From Podarcis filfolensis (Eukaryota), in the NCBI GenBank assembly GCA_964270895.1, contig OZ185442.1: a stretch of 64,000 nt of DNA. One strand, written 5' to 3'. This document shows positions 62,101 through 64,000 of the stretch, piece by piece. Below the pieces are notes generated by a model. It was given only the letters and a program-made list of their open reading frames with translations. It did no database searches and was not told the DNA's origin. Both the position numbers and the translations under genes were made by a program. The stretch's first letter is position 1; each line of letters begins with the position of its first letter.

Positions 62101-64000
62101 CTGCTCCAGGGCGGCGGCCTTGCTCTGGCTCTGCAAACAGCACAGCCGGGGGGGAGGTTGTCATGTGAGTAAGAGGAGGGGTGCCTTGGAGCTTGGTCTC
62201 CTCTCTTCCCCACGCAGCAAGGAATAGATCTGGCCCCAAATTGGCTCCTTCTCCCTGCAGTCAGGGGTTCTGGGTGTGCACCTGGAGGAGGGGCAGCCCA
62301 CAAGAATGCAGGGAGGCTGCAGACCGTTGAAGGGAAGGGACTCAAACTTTAGGGGGTGGCAGGAAACTGAGATCAGCTGGTAGGGAAATGGGGGCCAAAC
62401 TGAGTTTGCAACCACTCCCCACCCCCACCCCCCGCCAGAGGGAACAGACCTTGCTGAGGGAGGACTCCTTCTCGTGCTGGAGCTGGCAGATGAGCCGAGT
62501 CTGCTCCACTATTGCCTTCTCCTGCTCAGAGCAAGAGTCTCGCAGGCTCCTCAGCTCATCCTGCAGGTGGTGGAGCTGCCCCCTGAGGTGGTTCACTTCG
62601 GCCTCTTTACCTGCAAGCTGGCAGTGCCAGGGGACAGATGAGCATCCTCAGGAGGCTGCCAGGCAATCCACACATTCAGACCATCTCATCCTGCCCCTTC
62701 TCTCCCACTCCTGGCCTGGCTCTTTTCCTCTGCGCTATGTGAGGCAAAGTCCTCCGGACCCTCATCCTCGCACTATGGCCCCAACTGCTGCTTGTCAAGA
62801 TAGATCCTGAGCTGCCGACTTATAGTCATTCCAGCTTCTGGAACAGATGAGAGCCCAGGGAACTTCACTGTGTGTTGCCCTGCGATTTGCCTGCCTGTTT
62901 CCAAACACCAACCTGCTGAGGACACACAAGCACCTCCTGTGACCTGCCCTTTGGTGATTGATCCTCTGCTGTCCTTGGGACTCTTCCCCTGCTCAGAGAA
63001 CACTGGGGAGGGAGGGGGGCCTGGCTGCTGGTCACCTTGGGAGCTCCACCCTTTGTGGGCTACTTTTTCAAGACTGTGACAAGGAGGCTCTCCGTCCCCA
63101 AAATGTCACCTCATCCTTCCCTTGCACTCGCTCCTCCTCAGCTGCTTTCAGACATCCCTGAAGTTTCACAATCGTCTGGTCACGGAGATCGACCTGGGGG
63201 AAGAAGGGCCTGACTAAGAACTGGCAGCTTGAGGGGGGGGGGATTCCAGAGACAATGCCTAGAACTTGGAACCTTCCTTGGGTGCTGCTGCAGCAACCTT
63301 CTCCCTCTGGCAGAAAGAGCAGCAGGAGGCTGCTGGGCCAGGAAGAGCCTCGCCTGGGAGGCCTGCAGCAGCTAGCCAGCCTACCTCTCGCTTGAAGGCT
63401 TCCTGCTGCTCCACCAGCGCTGCCATGCTCTGGGCCAGTTGTTGGTGCTCTGCGTGGGCGTCAGACAGCCGCTCCTGGCATTGGGAGAGCTCGTCCTGTG
63501 CTGCTTGGAAGTCGGCCTCCTTCTGCTCCGCCCGCTCTTCGCTCTGCTGCAGCTGCATCCAAGGCCAGGCAAAGCACCACGTGAGAGGATGTGGAGGGAA
63601 GGAGGCCACAGAGAGGCACACCAGGGGGAGGTCTGCCACACACAGAAGTCCCAGTTTAGAGGTGGAAGAAACTGGGGCAAGCTGGGCTGGGATTTGGAAC
63701 AGAGTCTCTCTGGGCTTGGAGTGAGAGAGGAGCAGGAGGAGGAGGAAGAGGAAGGCTCACCTGAGTCTGGCAGGTGGAAAGCTGCTCTTGCAAGGAGGCC
63801 AGCTGCTCCTTGGTCCTCTGGGCCTGGCAAGAAAGAGAGAGAAGGGCTGAGCAGAGGCCTCAACCCCTGAGCACTTGGCAGGGACTTTGAGCTTCAATTG
63901 CCCAGCCGTCTCCCTCCAGTGTGCCTCTTGCTCACACACAACCTTCTGCAGGGCACTTAGCTCCTGGTCTGTCTGTCTGCAGCTCCTCCTGTCTGCAGAG
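56113..64000 (-). CDS. PMFBP1: PMFBP1-like long coiled-coil protein, partial. In-frame exon chain: 62610-62450, 62130-61888, 61803-61582, 61492-61262, 61182-61060, 60956-60830, 60716-60580, 60483-60237, 59986-59797, 59512-59359, 59250-59083, 58999-58838, 58751-58584, 58506-58360, 58269-58102, 58001-57939, 56786-56677, 56550-56476, 56206-56113. Upstream exons: ~63992-63943, 63823-63761, 63552-63385, 63193-63110. The 5' end, the 62611-63109 link and the final exon are unresolved.
   Basis: Nineteen consecutive GT-AG exons keep frame over about 996 Q/E/L-rich codons. The C-terminal [43 protein letters not shown] matches recalled PMFBP1 ([27 protein letters not shown]). The gene is convergent with DHX38, as in mammals. 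Confidence 0.8.

Overview
This is vertebrate genomic DNA, not prokaryotic. The SINE and MITE content points to a squamate reptile, probably a lacertid lizard (inference). The window is gene-dense, GC-rich and has short introns. It holds nine spliced genes whose exons I assembled by hand from GT-AG boundaries and reading-frame continuity: VPS4A (last 2 exons, +), PDF (-), COG8 (-), NIP7 (+), TMED6 (-), TERF2 (-), DHODH (+), DHX38/PRP16 (+) and a partial PMFBP1-like coiled-coil gene (-). There are three CpG-island promoter regions, and the introns and intergenic DNA carry L1/L2 relics, tRNA-derived SINEs and Tc/mariner and hAT MITEs. I found no wholly new gene system. The most unusual signal is in TERF2: the exons matching mammalian exons 2 and 3 are fused, four codons are lost at the junction, and the TRFH docking residue F120 reads as Ile. 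TERF2 also has almost no basic domain and an expanded, repetitive hinge exon. Other points of note are a TERF2-DHODH head-to-head junction, no HP or TXNL4B between DHODH and DHX38, a uORF in front of PDF, a MITE built from 158-bp hairpin repeats, and a young L1 inserted at a DHX38 branch point. All human comparisons (sequences, exon sizes, gene order) are recalled from memory and need checking by alignment.
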